In this document: positions 26,309 to 38,521 of the stretch, piece by piece | Position numbering within the stretch: position 1 is the stretch's first letter | Layout of the letters: each line of letters begins with the position of its first letter | NCBI RefSeq assembly: GCF_964355755.1 | Contig: NC_092670.1 | Span: 6,934,201 to 6,998,200 of the forward strand | Length of the DNA stretch: 64,000 bases | From: Antedon mediterranea | Lineage: Eukaryota; Animalia; Echinodermata | Reading direction: 5' to 3' | The notes under the pieces: model-generated | The model's input: only the letters and a program-made list of their open reading frames with translations | Database searches by the model: none | Told to the model about the DNA's origin: nothing | Translations under genes and position numbers: made by a program

Positions 26309-26385
26309 AACAGTAGTAGCCTAGCTCAGACAGGCTCAGGCCTGATGAAGATGAAGGTAAATTTCTATTTATACTATGCTATAAC

Positions 26386-26405
26386 CATGGAGGTATACCT
26401 CCATG
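26386..26405. repeat. 20-bp perfect palindrome CATGGAGGTATACCTCCATG flanked by a 7-bp direct repeat CTATAAC
   Basis: Direct repeats at 26379-26385 and 26406-26412. Confidence 0.75.
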
Positions 26406-27807
26406 CTATAACTTACTACTACACTCTAGGTCTAACGTACTTATCTTTCAATAATTATTAACAATGAAAACTATACTAAAAAACACAATTTTCCTTTATA
26501 ACAAATTTTGTTATTTACTGTATTTGATTTATAATATTATTGATTTTGTATATCAATAGAAGCCCTGATCAATGTTAGGACCAATCAGGGTGCTTTAAAC
26601 TGTAAATTGTATCAAACCTGTTAGTAGCGGTAATTATGGCTGTTGGTTTTGATTAAATAAAATATATTTAAAAAAATAAAAAAATATATGTAACCCTCGT
26701 TATTATTTGCAGCCCTAAATATCAAATAGTTAGGACTATAATATACACAGTGTATATTTTTCTTTGTTTAATTTAATAGGTTTTCCAATTTGTGTGGTGT
26801 GTGACAATGAGTGTGAGAGTTACACTTGCAAGGTATGCCACAAACCCACACATATTATAGAGCCATGCCTTGGATAACAAGGATCAGAGGAAGGATTCGG
26901 CTCAGCAGTAAAATGCAAGAAGTGTGTGGAAAAAGCTGAAAGTAAGTTTTTCAAAAGATATATACTGTACAGTATTACAAATGCAATTTGTAAGTTGTTA
27001 AAGAAATGGTGTTATATTAAATCTATTTAATTCTTATTTTAGTCGCTCTGTGGCAAGGTGATGATGACGATGAGTTGGAGAATGCATTTGTTAACTCATG
27101 TCAAGTACCACCTAAGAAAAGAAAAATATGGGGTAAATTTTTAACTTTTGTCTTTAAACACCAGTGATTTAATAATTTGTATAAAGAGAAATGCAAAAAA
27201 AATAATGAAACATTGCGAAAATAAGAATGCATATTATATTAAATGTTATTTCAGCTGAACAATCATGATTTACTAGTGATAATTTTTAATATTTGATCAA
27301 ATTAAATCTTCCATAGGATGGGAAGATGAATATGACGACTGCGAACTGACTGCTACAAGAAAACTGCTGTCAGATGTGGCTTCAACAAGCAGCACTGCCA
27401 CTTCAACTGATTTAGCATCTGAGGCAAAGCAGTCAGTGCGACAATTTCGGCCAATTTGTAAGTTACATTTTATTTATTGAATTCATGATTTTTAATTTTA
27501 GTGAAATTTATCCCGACAAGCTCATGCAACACACTGTTATAATTCATAGTATAATTTTCATGGTAAATCAAACTTTTGTTTTAACACAGCAACTCTTAAG
27601 TCTGCAGCTTCATCAACTTCAACATCAACATCTTTAAGTCCCAGCCCTCCCGCACAACTTCCTGTCGAGACCCCTTTATCACACCGGGAAAGGCCGACAA
27701 CTCACACAACCAGACGACGTAGACCTTCAAGCAGTGGTGGCGCCAGCGGGGGGGGGGGGGCTACGGGGGCTCTAGCCCCCTCGTCGGGGAGCCTGGTCCC
27801 CCCGTCG

Positions 27808-28740
27808 GGGAACACGGGTACTTTTTGTCGGGGAATATATATACAGTAAAAAACGTTCGCGTTCACTTCATATAGCTTCAGCGCCTAGAAAACCACGACG
27901 TTCCATTGACCGTGAGAGTACGTCAGAGGGCTATTATGCACTTTTATGCATTCATTATTGCCAGAGATCTAACTACTAAACAATAGCTAGTACGCACTTG
28001 TTTGGCGGTATCCCTTTGTACGAATCGTTCACCGTTGGGTCGAGACGCGTGATATCATGTTCCATCCAGGGACCAAAATGTGTAATGTAGTTATTTTCCA
28101 GGCGAAGTTTACCGACGGTTACCGAAGGGAACACGGGTACTTTTTGTCGGGGAATATAATATACAGTAAAAAACGTTCGCGTTCACTTGGTAGCTTCAGC
28201 GCCTAGAAAACTGCGACGTCTCATTGACCGTGAGAGTACGTCAGAGTGCTATTATGCAATTTATATGCATTCATTATTGCCAGCGATCTAACTTACTACT
28301 AAACATTAGCTAGGTACGCACTTGTCTGGCGGTATCCCTTTGTACGAATCGTTCAACGTTGGGTCGAGACGGGTGATATCAAGTTCCATCCAGGGACCAA
28401 AATGTGTAATGTAGTTATTTTCCAGGCGAAGTTTACCGACGGTTCGGATACTTTTTGTCGGGGAATATAATTCGTTCGCGTTCACTTCGTAGCTTCAGCG
28501 CCTAGAAAACCTCGACGTTTCATTGACCGTGAGAGTACGTCAGAGTGATATTATGCACTTTATATGCATTCATTATTGCCAGCAATCTAACTTACTACTA
28601 AACAATAGCTATAGGTACGCACTTGTCTGGCGGTATCCCTTTGTACGAATCGTTCAACGTTGGGTCGTGATATCATGTTCCATCCAAGGACCAAAATTTG
28701 TACTGTAGTTATTTTCCAGGCGAAGTTTACCGACGGTTAC
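27808..28740. repeat. Three tandem ~300-320-bp units inside the hAT element
   Basis: Repeats of TACTTTTTGTCGGGGAATATA...TTTTCCAGGCGAAGTTTACCGACGGTT. Confidence 0.9.
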
Positions 28741-29542
28741 GTCGTGTACTGTGTCGACGTACGCTACACTACAGCAAAAACGAATTATGTTAATTGTTCG
28801 TATGTTCACCAATTTTTTAATTTACAAGTAACCTTCTGTACCGTGGAGCACCTAAAATAAATATTTCATCCATTACTAAACAAAAAAACATGCCATTTTC
28901 GCTTAGCCAACATCTTATTATAGCTAAGTTATTAAATTTTCAATGTCCTGTATGTCATGAATTTCTCACCACTCGGAAGTCCAGATGGTACGCAGGCATA
29001 CACTTGGGAGGAATAAACTTATTTCCCCGACTGAAAAGGTCTACGCTTGCGTTTTTTAAGCCTCTGGGCCTGATGTTTCCAAAGCATAAAATGCAAATTT
29101 TTTGAAGACCTGCAGCTCTAGTTTTAAACATTTTCTTAGCTCAGCCCCAACAATAAAGCTGGTCATATTTCGAAGTACAAGAAGTGCATTTTCCGGGACC
29201 TAACATCTCTATTTTTCAAACAGTTCTTAGCTCAGTCACAACCATGATAGGGACTTATATATTTTGTTTCATGTTTTGAAGTATAATAAGTCCAATTTCC
29301 AGGACCTCCAACTCTATTTTTCTAAATTTTCTTTGAACTTTTATTTTTAAAATTAAAAAATATGGATTGAAACAGTCATCGCGCACCGTTTTTTTGCACG
29401 CAGTATTTTATTTATGCATTATAAAAAATGAAAAAAAATGGCTACCCTAAATCTGATTAAAATGACCTCAAATGACGCTAGAACGCGTTGCTTCCGGGGG
29501 CTTCGCCCCCCTGGACCCCCACCGGGGGCCCCTTGGCGGCCC

Positions 29543-30442
29543 GCGATTTTTTTTTTCGTACATAAGTTGGGGACCCCCCTCATGAAACGTCACAAAATAA
29601 ACATGAATAATTCATCAGTTAAATTTTCTTGTTCCGTGTGCACCCAAGCGTATAGCAACAAGAAGTGATTACAGTAGTTTACACAAGTGCGGTACGATTC
29701 TAGGCCTATCTCCGCTGTGGTTGCCGCGTGCGATTTCATAATAGAATAGCGGCGTTTTGTGTGGATTGTCGAAATAATCAGCCTTTAGTTTATGATGTGT
29801 TTAATATAATTTATTACTAAAGAATTACGTGTTAAAATTATAGTTTCTATTGATACTATTAGGCCTAATTACTATTCTCTAAACCCATGTCTATTCTAGT
29901 AGTAGCTGTGTTGGTGTGTGTGACGTGTGTGTTAGAGTCAGCAAAATTAAACAATAAACATTACACAAAAATACATTTTTTATTCTCGTGGGTCTAACCT
30001 TCCCATCTCATGTGTTCATATACGCGCAGTTCCTTTGATTACGTGCATATTGTTTGATAATAAAATAGCAGAATTAAAAAAATACAGTACACAAATTATA
30101 CACATTCTTTATTCTTGTGGGTCTAAGCTTTCTTTGGGCTATGTCCAATGAATTACTACTTAGTGTAATGTCTTGCCTAGCTGTCGATTAGCCTCGACTC
30201 GACACATTTTGCATAGTGGTGTGTGTGTGTATGAAGAAGAGTGCGCGAAGGCAATCACGTGAATTGACTTAGAATCCTAGGCCTACTGTGTAAAAGTATC
30301 GTATCGCAGTTGTGTAATCACTTCTTGTTGCTATACGCTTGGGTGCACACGGAACAAGAAAATTTAGCTGATGAATTATTCATGTTTATTTTGTGACGTT
30401 TCGTGAGGGGGTCCCCAACTTATGTACGAAAAAAAAAATCGC
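29543..30442. repeat. ~130-bp inverted repeat pair (nested MITE or fold-back) within the hAT element
   Basis: 29543-29673 is the near-exact reverse complement of 30314-30442. Confidence 0.8.
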
Positions 30443-31896
30443 TGGCGGCCCCCTGGCCCCCAGCCTTGTGATGCTCGCATAGCCCCCTCGTCGGAGAATG
30501 TAGCCCCCGCGTCGGGAAGATCCTGGCGCCACCCCTGCCTTCAAGTAAGTCTTGCCATGTGTGCTTCAATAAATTAAAAAAATGATATGTAATCCACAAC
30601 AAAACCATTTGAATATTAATTATTCATAATAATTAGCTAATGTTATTGTTTATATTGTAGATGATGATGATTCATCAAAATCAAGAAGCAAAAAAGACAG
30701 GACTGTTGATGCAGTGACACAAAATTTGAAAGAGCTTCAAGAGTACAACTTCAAGAGGTGGAAGACAATAGATCAAAGGCAAGAAGTGGAAATGAAACAA
30801 GTGCAAGAAAACATGGACAAGATGATAGACAAAGTGGTGTCGGCTATCGAAAAACAGAGAGAAGATCAAAAGGAAGAGCGCAAACAAAACGAAAATTTCC
30901 AAAGGCAATTTTTGGCATTGTTTAGTCAAGCAATACCACATCAGCCGATGCAACATCAGCCGATGCAAAGTCAGCCGATGCAACATCAGCCGATGCAAAA
31001 TCAACAGAATTTTGGTCAGTCTGATCCTAGATTTCAACAATACAAGGAAGGTCAACAGTGGCAGCAATTCTAAACTTTAACTTTGTACATAAAATTGTGT
31101 TTGGTCGTTAACTACATGTTGTAAATGAATACTACCATATAGAAACTAACTTTTTTTTACTAATACAAAATGGACAAATATATGAACTCAAACTGAGAAA
31201 TATCTTCTGTGCTGTGTTTTTTTCATACTTAAACCAAAAATAATAGCTCAGCAATATTGTTGTATTGTATTTGTGTTAATACTGTATTTATTTAGTGCAT
31301 GTTTTTTATTCAATAAAGTTTTATATCTACTTTACTTGTGATTAATTCAGTTCTGGAATTTAAAATTGTTGGAATATATTATTTTATTTACATCTACTGG
31401 TGAGTGTTTTGCAGGGCTAAGAAGAATTAAGACGACTGTTTTTCAGTATGATCTGTATTTTGTATGTGTGTGTGTGTGTGTTTGACTGAATGAATGAATG
31501 GTACTGACTTGTGTTGACTTTTATTTGAATTAAACATATGCATATTGTTTAAATCAAACCGTGTTTCTATTGACATACTTTACTGTACTGTAGTTAAACA
31601 ACAAAAATACTCAACTATGTTATCATTTCCATGCACGTCCACTATTGGACTTGATTTTAAATGAAATCACGAGTGGGGTAATATTAGATGCATTGCCCTC
31701 AAATTGAATGGTGGCAACCATTAAAAGGCGCTACATAATTGCCCCCGATTGATAGTGGTAGTGCAGTTTTTACGTAAACAGTATGTTTCTAATGGAGTAG
31801 TAGTTTGCTACATACCATGTTGAACATAAAAGCAAAAAAAAAACAGATTTTACATAAATAACAAACATTTATTTGGTAGTGTACGATACCACAATA

Positions 31897-33633
31897 TTAA
31901 TCAACTTTCATTAATTCGGCAATGATAGCACTTCGGATTTGCTCTGCTCTTGGACCTTCCACAATTTGGTTGACCCTAGCAGGTTGGCACGACAAACTGG
32001 CATTCACCTCGTCATCTGTCCAAGCATGTTGGTAGGGAACTCCATTGCTGGTACAAATGTTGTGAAGTGTACAGCAGGCTTGTACAACTGGACGAAGTTT
32101 TTGCGTCTCATGCTCGTTCCTTTTTAATAATATTCGCCATCGACCCTTTAAACGCCCAAATGCATGTTCAACAACCACCCTACATTGAGAAAGTTTATAA
32201 TTAAAACGAGACTGTTCCTTTTGTTTGTTTAAACGATTCGGAAAAGGCCGGATGAGATTATTCTATAATGGGTATGCCCCATCCCCTAAAATTAATGGTG
32301 GAACTTGTACACCATTAACATCCTCTTCAATATTCGGCTGAAAGAGGTTGCCGGTCTTCAATGATTCGCCAAATTTGAAATACTGAATACTCTTGCATCA
32401 TTCACACTACCCGGCATGCCGCAAAAGGTGTCAATAAATAGGCCAATCAACAACACCCTGAAGAACAATACTGTAGTATTCTTTGTGGTTGTAATAATCT
32501 TGAGCCTGTTCTCGTGGTGCAATTATAGCAATGTGTGTCCCATCGATTGCACCAACAACCTGGGAGAAATCTCCTTTCATTTTAAATTTCTCTATGTTTT
32601 TCTGAAAAATAATATGTACATTGAAAACAATCAATAATCATATTATGTTATTGCATGTTTTAAAATAGTATAACTAAAATACTTAAATAAAATGAAATTC
32701 ATTTTCTTTACTTATATTGTTTATTTTCAATAGCAAAGCATGTTATTTACATTTGAATGAAATCTGTTCATAAAAACATTAATAATATGTTCTTCCTCTG
32801 TAAATTACCTGAAGTTCTTGTCCAGTTGGAAAAACTATAAATTTTTGGCATTAAAACACTTTCAATTGCTTCACATACTTCGTGATATACTGTACAAGCG
32901 GTTGATTTGGCACATACAAATTGGTTAGCAGTTTGATTGAACAGTATACCTGATGATAATCTGTAAAATGTCATGGCAACTCTCCATTCTGCAGAGAATG
33001 CGGGACCATTTTTTTTACTAGATTTCTCAATATATGGCCTTAGTTCCTCAACGACATACTTGAAGGTTTCCTTGTTTAATCTGTAAACGCAAAGTTATAT
33101 TTCATATTAATAATTATTCAGTTGAAATGTTTCAGTGCGTTTCAGGGAATAATAATAATACAAGCTATGTAGTAGGCCTAGTATACAGTACTCCTAGCTA
33201 ATCCGGTTAGTGTAGGCAGCCTACACATACAAAAATAAATAGTAATACTTGTCATAATAACTCATAGCTTTATTAACATTAGGCCTACCTGAAATTGTTG
33301 ATAAAATCTTGGATCAGAATACAAAGGTACTATTGTTTGCCACCAATGCACACTTTTTTTCTTTCGCCAAAGTTGCCTTCTAACCGTTGTTACATCTAGG
33401 CTTGTATGTAAAGGAAACATGATCTCCCCAAGTTCACGCTGTTCCTCGGCATATCGTAGGTATCTGAGCCGTCGTTGTTGTCGCATCATTCGCTGGGATT
33501 CCATGCAGCTAGAAACGAACTCAACTAGCGCAAACAGCAGCAAAGCAGTACCTTCATCTAGTTCAGTGTCGTCATTAATCATTTGTAAAAATATAGGTAA
33601 AAACCCCGATAATAATAATAACTGAGGAAGCAT
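31897..33633 (-). pseudogene. Harbinger (HARBI1-like, DDE_Tnp_4) transposase, copy 1; exons 33633-33289, 33080-32809, 32601-31897
   Basis: GAIDGTHI, PGSVNDARV, LGDGAYP and [13 protein letters not shown]. Frameshifts present. Confidence 0.88.
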
Positions 33634-33942
33634 TGTGTCGACGGATCGTTAAGCAGTACTCGAAAAAGAAGAAGGTGGTAGAATGGGTGCGTATTATACA
33701 CACAAGGAATAGCCCACAATAAAGTGCCCTAACCTGTTCAACTGTACTTCCTGTTCGTGTCGGCGGTGTTGCGAGCACGTGATGCTTAAGTTATCTCGCC
33801 CTAACATGAGCCGTCGAACGCATTTTAATGAATTTAATCGAATTACCGTTCTCGTAAAATTTAACTAGATCAGTACTTATCTCGCCCTAAGCTGAATCTA
33901 TCACCTTTGTTTGGAGCGTACAAATATTGTTTTAGATCAATA

Positions 33943-34000
33943 ATGTCACCATTATTTTTAACTGTGTTATTTGGATTTATTAATCTTGTTAATTCACAAA
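33943..34000 (+). CDS. Putative signal-peptide exon, copy 1 (MSPLFLTVLFGFINLVNSQ)
   Basis: Upstream AG acceptor, hydrophobic 19 aa, and a phase-1 GTGAGT donor matching the phase of the HYR exons. Confidence 0.55.
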
Positions 34001-35626
34001 GTGAGTATAATTCTTCTTTATTAGCTTCTACACCCGACACTTGTACTGTATGTCTACATACAATAAACTGCGGAAATCTGCAATTTGTTGTCTCCTGACT
34101 ATAACATTTCTAACTCTATCCAAGGAAAAGTGTAATTTCACCCTTCCCTGTACTATTTATACACTAATACTAGACACATAATCGGCTGGCTTCTACACAC
34201 AATTTGAATTTCCTAACTTTTGGTTTGTTGTTTCAATGCAAAATTTCAGAAACGAAAACTGGAATTAAATTTAATATTTTGATTAAGTGATCCAAGGAAG
34301 ACTCTTCCCCATTCCTGTCTGCTCAGGTGGTAGTTTTTATGGCACGTGTAACGCTTGTAACCTGCGTCAATATCTAGAGGATAATAATAATAAAATAAAT
34401 CTATGCTGTCATCAGTATAACTTACTAAATCATTTTAATGATTTAGTAAGAGCTTACTAAATCATTTTATTGATTTAGTAAGTTATACAGGTCTCCCAAA
34501 AACATGACAAATTAAAATTAATAAAATCAGACTTTGTCTAAGACAAGTTTGTAGTTTTAATAAAGTTAATCACTTGCGTTGAAAAACCCGAACTAAAACC
34601 AAATCTGACTATTTCTTGGTTTAAAATTTCAGTTTTTTAGGTAAATACTTTTCCATCAAATATATTAGGCCTATGTGATTTAAAATGACCTATTTAACAA
34701 TACAATTTAATAAATCATTTTTTCAGGGAGATAAAATATCCGTATTTAAATAAATTATACAATAAATCTCCACTTTACAATTGAAATATGTCAATCTAGT
34801 TTAAATTGTTGCATCCCCAGCAAAATACATGTGCAGAATAGTCCGGAGATTTTATTGCTCAAATTAAGTTCCTATAAGATTTGGAACCCTTAGGACTAGT
34901 AGAATTCATTGCGATTTTGGCCTAATTTAAGCACTATCTGCAGTATTATCTAATATAACAACTTTTAACAATAAAGCAACACATAATGTATAAGCTATTC
35001 TTTGTAATACCTATTCATAGAGTTCAATCAATTAAAATCAAAACCAACTGTAGGAGTCTTGTTACTGACGATTAATTATTTTTGATACAGTTGACTGCTG
35101 ATAAAGTACATACGCAACAGTGTGCAATATAATTTTGTATGAATGAGTGACAAGTTGAGTTAACAACAAAGAAACTGATCTGTATTTTGTATGTGTGTGT
35201 GTTTGACTGAAAGAATGAATGGTACTGAGTTGTGCTGACTTTTATTTGAATTAAACAATGCATATTGTTTAAATCAAACCGTGTTTCTATTGACATACTT
35301 TATTGTACTGTAGTTAAACAACAAAAATACTCAACTATGTTATCATCTCCATGCACGTCCACTAATGGACTTGATTTTAAATAAAATCACGAGTGTCTTA
35401 AAGAAGGTGTAACATTAGATGCATTGCCCTCAAATTTAATGGTGGCAACCATTAAAAGGCGCTACATAATTGCCCCCGATTGATAGTGGTAGTGCAGATT
35501 TTACGTAAACAGTATGTTTCTAATGGAGTAGTAGTTTGCTACATACCATGTTGAACATAAAAGCAAAAAAAAACAGATTTTCTATAAATAACAAACATTT
35601 ATTTGGTAGTGTACGATACCACAATA

Positions 35627-38145
35627 TTAATCAACTTTCATTAATTCGGCAATGATAGCACTTCGGATTTGCTCTGCTCTTGGACCTTCTACAATTTGGT
35701 TGACCCTAGCAGGTTGGCACGACAAACTGGCATTCACCTCGTCATCTGTCCAAGCATGTTGGTAGGGAACTCCATTGCTGGTACAAATGTTGTGAAGTGT
35801 ACAGCAGGCTTGTACAACTGGACGAAGTTTTTGCGTCTCATGCTCGTTCCTTTTTAATAGTATTCGCCATCGACCCTTTAAACGCCCAAATGCATGTTCA
35901 ACAACCACCCTACATTGAGAAAGTTTATAATTAAAACGAGACTGTTCCCTTTGTTTGTTTAAACGATTCCGAAAAGGCCGCATCAGATTATTTAATAATG
36001 GGTATGCCCCATCCCCTAAAATTAATGGTGGAACTTGTACACCGTTAACATCCTCTTCAATATTCGGCTGAAAGAGGTTGCCGGTCTTCAATGATTCGCC
36101 AAAATTTGAAATACTGAATACTCTTGCATCATTCACACTACCCGGCATGCCGCAAAAGGTGTCAATAAATAGGCCAATCAACAACACCCTGAAGAACAAT
36201 ACTGTAGTATTCTTTGCGGTTGTAATAATCTTGAGCCTGTTCTCGTGGTGCAATTATAGCAATGTGTGTCCCATCGATTGCACCAACAACCTGGGGGAAA
36301 TCTCCTTTCATTTTAAATTTCTCTATGTTTTTCTGAAAAGCAAAGAAAAAAAACCCAATAATATGTACATTGAAAACAATCAATAATCATATTATGTTAT
36401 TGCATGTTTTAAAATAGTATAACTAAAATACTTAAATAAAATGAAATTCATTTTCTTTACTTATATTGTTTATTTTCAATAGCAAAGCATGTTATTTACA
36501 TTTGAATGAAATCTGTTCATAAAAACATTAATAATATGTTCTTCCTCTGTAAATTACCTGAAGTTCTTGTCCAGTTGGAAAAACTATAAATTTTGGCATT
36601 AAAACACTTTCAATTGCTTCACATACTTCGTGATATACTGTACAAGCGGTTGATTTGGCACATCCAAATTGGTTAGCAGTTATATAATAATCTGTGTCAT
36701 GGCAACTCTCCATTCTGCAGAGAATGTGGGACCATTTTTTTTACTAGATTTCTCAATATATGGCCTTAGTTCCTCAACGACATACTTGAAGGTTTCCTTG
36801 TTTAATCTGTAAACGCAAAGTTATATTTCATATTAATAATTATTCAGTTGAAAGGTTTCAGTGCGTTTCAGGGAATAATTTCGCCAGTGTAGCATAGCAA
36901 AAAGCTATACAAGCTATGTAGTAGGCCTAGTATACAGTACTCCTACCTAATCCGGTTAGTGTAGGCAGCCTACACATAAAAATAAATAGTAATACTTGTC
37001 ATAATAACTCATAGCTTTATTAACATTAGGCCTACCTGAAATTGTTGATAAAATCTTGATCAGAATACAAAGGTACTATTGTTTGCCACCAATGCACACT
37101 TTTTTTCTTTCGCCAAAGTTGCCTTCTAACCGTTGTTACATCTAGGCTTGTATGTAAAAGAAACATGATCTCCCCAAGTTCGCGCTGTTCCTCGGCATAT
37201 CGTAGGTATCTGAGCCGTCGTTGTTGTCGCATCATTCGCTGGGATTCCATGCAGCTAGAAACGAACTCAACTAGCGCAAACAGCAGCAAAGCAGTACCTT
37301 CATCTAGTTCAGTGTCGTTGTTATGCGCGATTTGAACGATTTGCGCAATTTAAAATTGCGCAAAAAATTCTTGCGCAATTTGAAATTGAGCAAGGATTTT
37401 CTTGCGCAATATGAAATTGCGCAATCAACTTGCGCAATTTGAAATTGCGCAAGAAAATCCTTGCGCAATTTCAAATTGCGCTGCACAATTTCTAAATTGC
37501 GCAAGATAGTTCTTGCGCAATATGACACCTTTGCGCAATTTGAAAACGAACTGTTTGTTATTTTTATTATTGTACTCATTTGTTGTTGAGAATGGTACCG
37601 AAAGGTCGATATCTTTTGTCATTAAAATTAATTTTTAAGTCAAATAGTAGACGTCTAATAATTCGTAATAATTATCGTTTCTAAAAAAATCCAATCTTTA
37701 TTAGTCTTATTAATCGTCATTAGTATTGATATTTGAATTGAAATTATTATATTATACTATTGGTATTTATTTATGCCTTCTCCTCATAATATTATGTGTG
37801 AATATGGTATTTTATAGAACCATTGGGAATTCGAGATTTTTTTTATTCGGAAAAAAAAAATTGGGAGGGAAGCTCCCGGGAGGGTAAGGAAATGCGATAT
37901 TATCTTTAATTTTGAATCATTCTTAGAAATTACTAAAAAATATGGGTGTGCATGATTTCACAATCTGTCGAAAAACCTTGCGCAATTTGCAGATTACTTG
38001 CGCAATTTAATACGTTTAACACATGTTTCAATTAATATTGCGCAAAGAATTTTTTGCGCAATTTTAAATCGCGCATAACATCGTCATTAATCATTTGTAA
38101 AAATATAAGTAAAAACCCCGATAATAATAATAACTGAGGAAGCAT
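35627..38145 (-). pseudogene. Harbinger transposase, copy 2, interrupted by a MITE
   Basis: Duplicate of 31897-33633. ORF 35627-36253 retains DDE motifs. The TIR core is repeated at about 38388-38403. Confidence 0.88.
37319..38080. mobile_element. Ginger-like MITE rich in TTGCGCAA palindromes
   Basis: TIR TGTTATGCGCGATTT / AAATCGCGCATAACA with 4-bp TSD TCGT. The empty site is visible in copy 1 (GTGTCGTCATT, about 33566). Confidence 0.85.
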
Positions 38146-38463
38146 TGTGTCGACGGATCGTTAAACAGTACTCGAAAAAGAAGAAGGTGGTAGAATGGGT
38201 GCGTATTATACACACAAGGAATAGCCCACAATAAAGTGCCCTAACCTGTTCAACTGTACTTCATGTTCGTGTCGGCGGGGTCGCGAGCATGTGATGCTTA
38301 AGTTATCTCGCCCTAACATGAGCCGTCGAACGCATTTTAATGAATTTAACCGAATTACCGCTCTTGTAAAATTTAACTAGATCAGTACTTATCTCGCCCT
38401 AAGCTGAATCTATCGCCTAATCTTGCTTTGTTTGGAGCGTACAAATATTGTTTTAGATCAATA

Positions 38464-38521
38464 ATGTCACCATTATTTTTAACTGTGTTATTTGGATTTA
38501 TTAATCTTGTTAATTCACAAA
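38464..38521 (+). CDS. Putative signal-peptide exon, copy 2; likely leader for the downstream HYR exons
   Basis: Same as 33943-34000, with a phase-1 donor. Confidence 0.55.

Larger units (their letters stand above)
27732..30537 (+). mobile_element. Non-autonomous hAT-like element
   Basis: 15-bp TIR CAGTGGTGGCGCCAG / CTGGCGCCACCCCTG. 8-bp TSD CCTTCAAG at 27724-27731 and 30538-30545. Confidence 0.92.
25187..31073 (+). pseudogene. Harbinger Myb/SANT-like (trihelix) DNA-binding gene, multi-exon and disrupted
   Basis: FCWTYTQELDLIDI*..MAERMRDLG..KLKNLRSEHK..WPHYHSLNKILG. Further exons at about 26780-26941 (Cys-rich), 27042-27131, 27317-27457, 27590-27730 and 30661-31073 (coiled coil, QPMQH repeats). 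In-frame stop and two insertions. Confidence 0.75.
24831..33891. mobile_element. PIF/Harbinger DNA transposon with convergent Myb/SANT and transposase genes
   Basis: Inverted core CTTAGGGCGAGATAA (24831) / TTATCTCGCCCTAAG (33877-33891) encloses both genes. The true termini probably lie 15-20 bp further out. Confidence 0.8.

Noticed and set aside
37304-37622. Repetitive ORFs (LRK/AQF repeats)
   Set aside because: Translation of the MITE's TTGCGCAA repeats.
31897-38145. Domesticated HARBI1 host gene
   Set aside because: Frameshifted, enclosed by TIR-like ends and paired with a Myb gene, so it is a transposon copy.
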